This document shows positions 63,894 to 64,000 of a stretch of DNA of 64,000 nucleotides, in pieces. A model generated the notes under the pieces. That model saw only the letters and a program-made list of their open reading frames with translations. It made no database searches and was not told the DNA's origin. The position numbers were made by a program, and so were the translations under genes. The stretch comes from Octopus vulgaris (Eukaryota). The stretch is from positions 30,566,001 through 30,630,000 of the forward strand of contig OX597836.1 of NCBI GenBank assembly GCA_951406725.2, given 5' to 3'. Numbering within the stretch: the stretch's first letter is position 1; each line of letters starts with the position of its first letter.

Positions 63894-64000
63894 ATTTGAT
63901 GATATATAAGACGCACATCTTACCCCAAAAAAGGTTAAGAAAAGAAAGCCAAAAAAAAACCACTTGGTTGTGTACGAAAAGATGCTTTAAATATTACATG

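Overview
This is AT-rich, repeat-dense animal genomic DNA. The tRNA-derived SINE families, (TA)n/(CA)n load and TTAA-MITEs match what I recall of Octopus (coleoid cephalopod) genomes; this is recognition, not a database result. No complete protein-coding gene, rRNA, tRNA gene or CRISPR array is supportable, and almost all ORFs in the track are SINE or microsatellite artefacts. The window reads as a large intron or intergenic tract, possibly transcribed on the minus strand. It holds several SINE-like families (here called A, B, C and a CORE-like one), an unclassified ~230-bp family D, RTE-clade LINE fragments, and piggyBac-, hAT- and Tc1/mariner-type MITEs with clean TSDs, often nested. The best leads are: decayed minimal type-I hammerhead ribozymes of Penelope-like type (a fold-back at 51331-51452 and an inverted pair at 29.1/32.3 kb); a MER1/Charlie3-like hAT MITE; a PHD-like Cys/His finger inside RTE reverse transcriptase; an (ATT)n-embedded element; head-to-head inverted SINEs as possible ADAR substrates; and a few unproven minus-strand microexon candidates. 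I found no clear evidence of a wholly new biological system. Coordinates of degenerate repeats are approximate.
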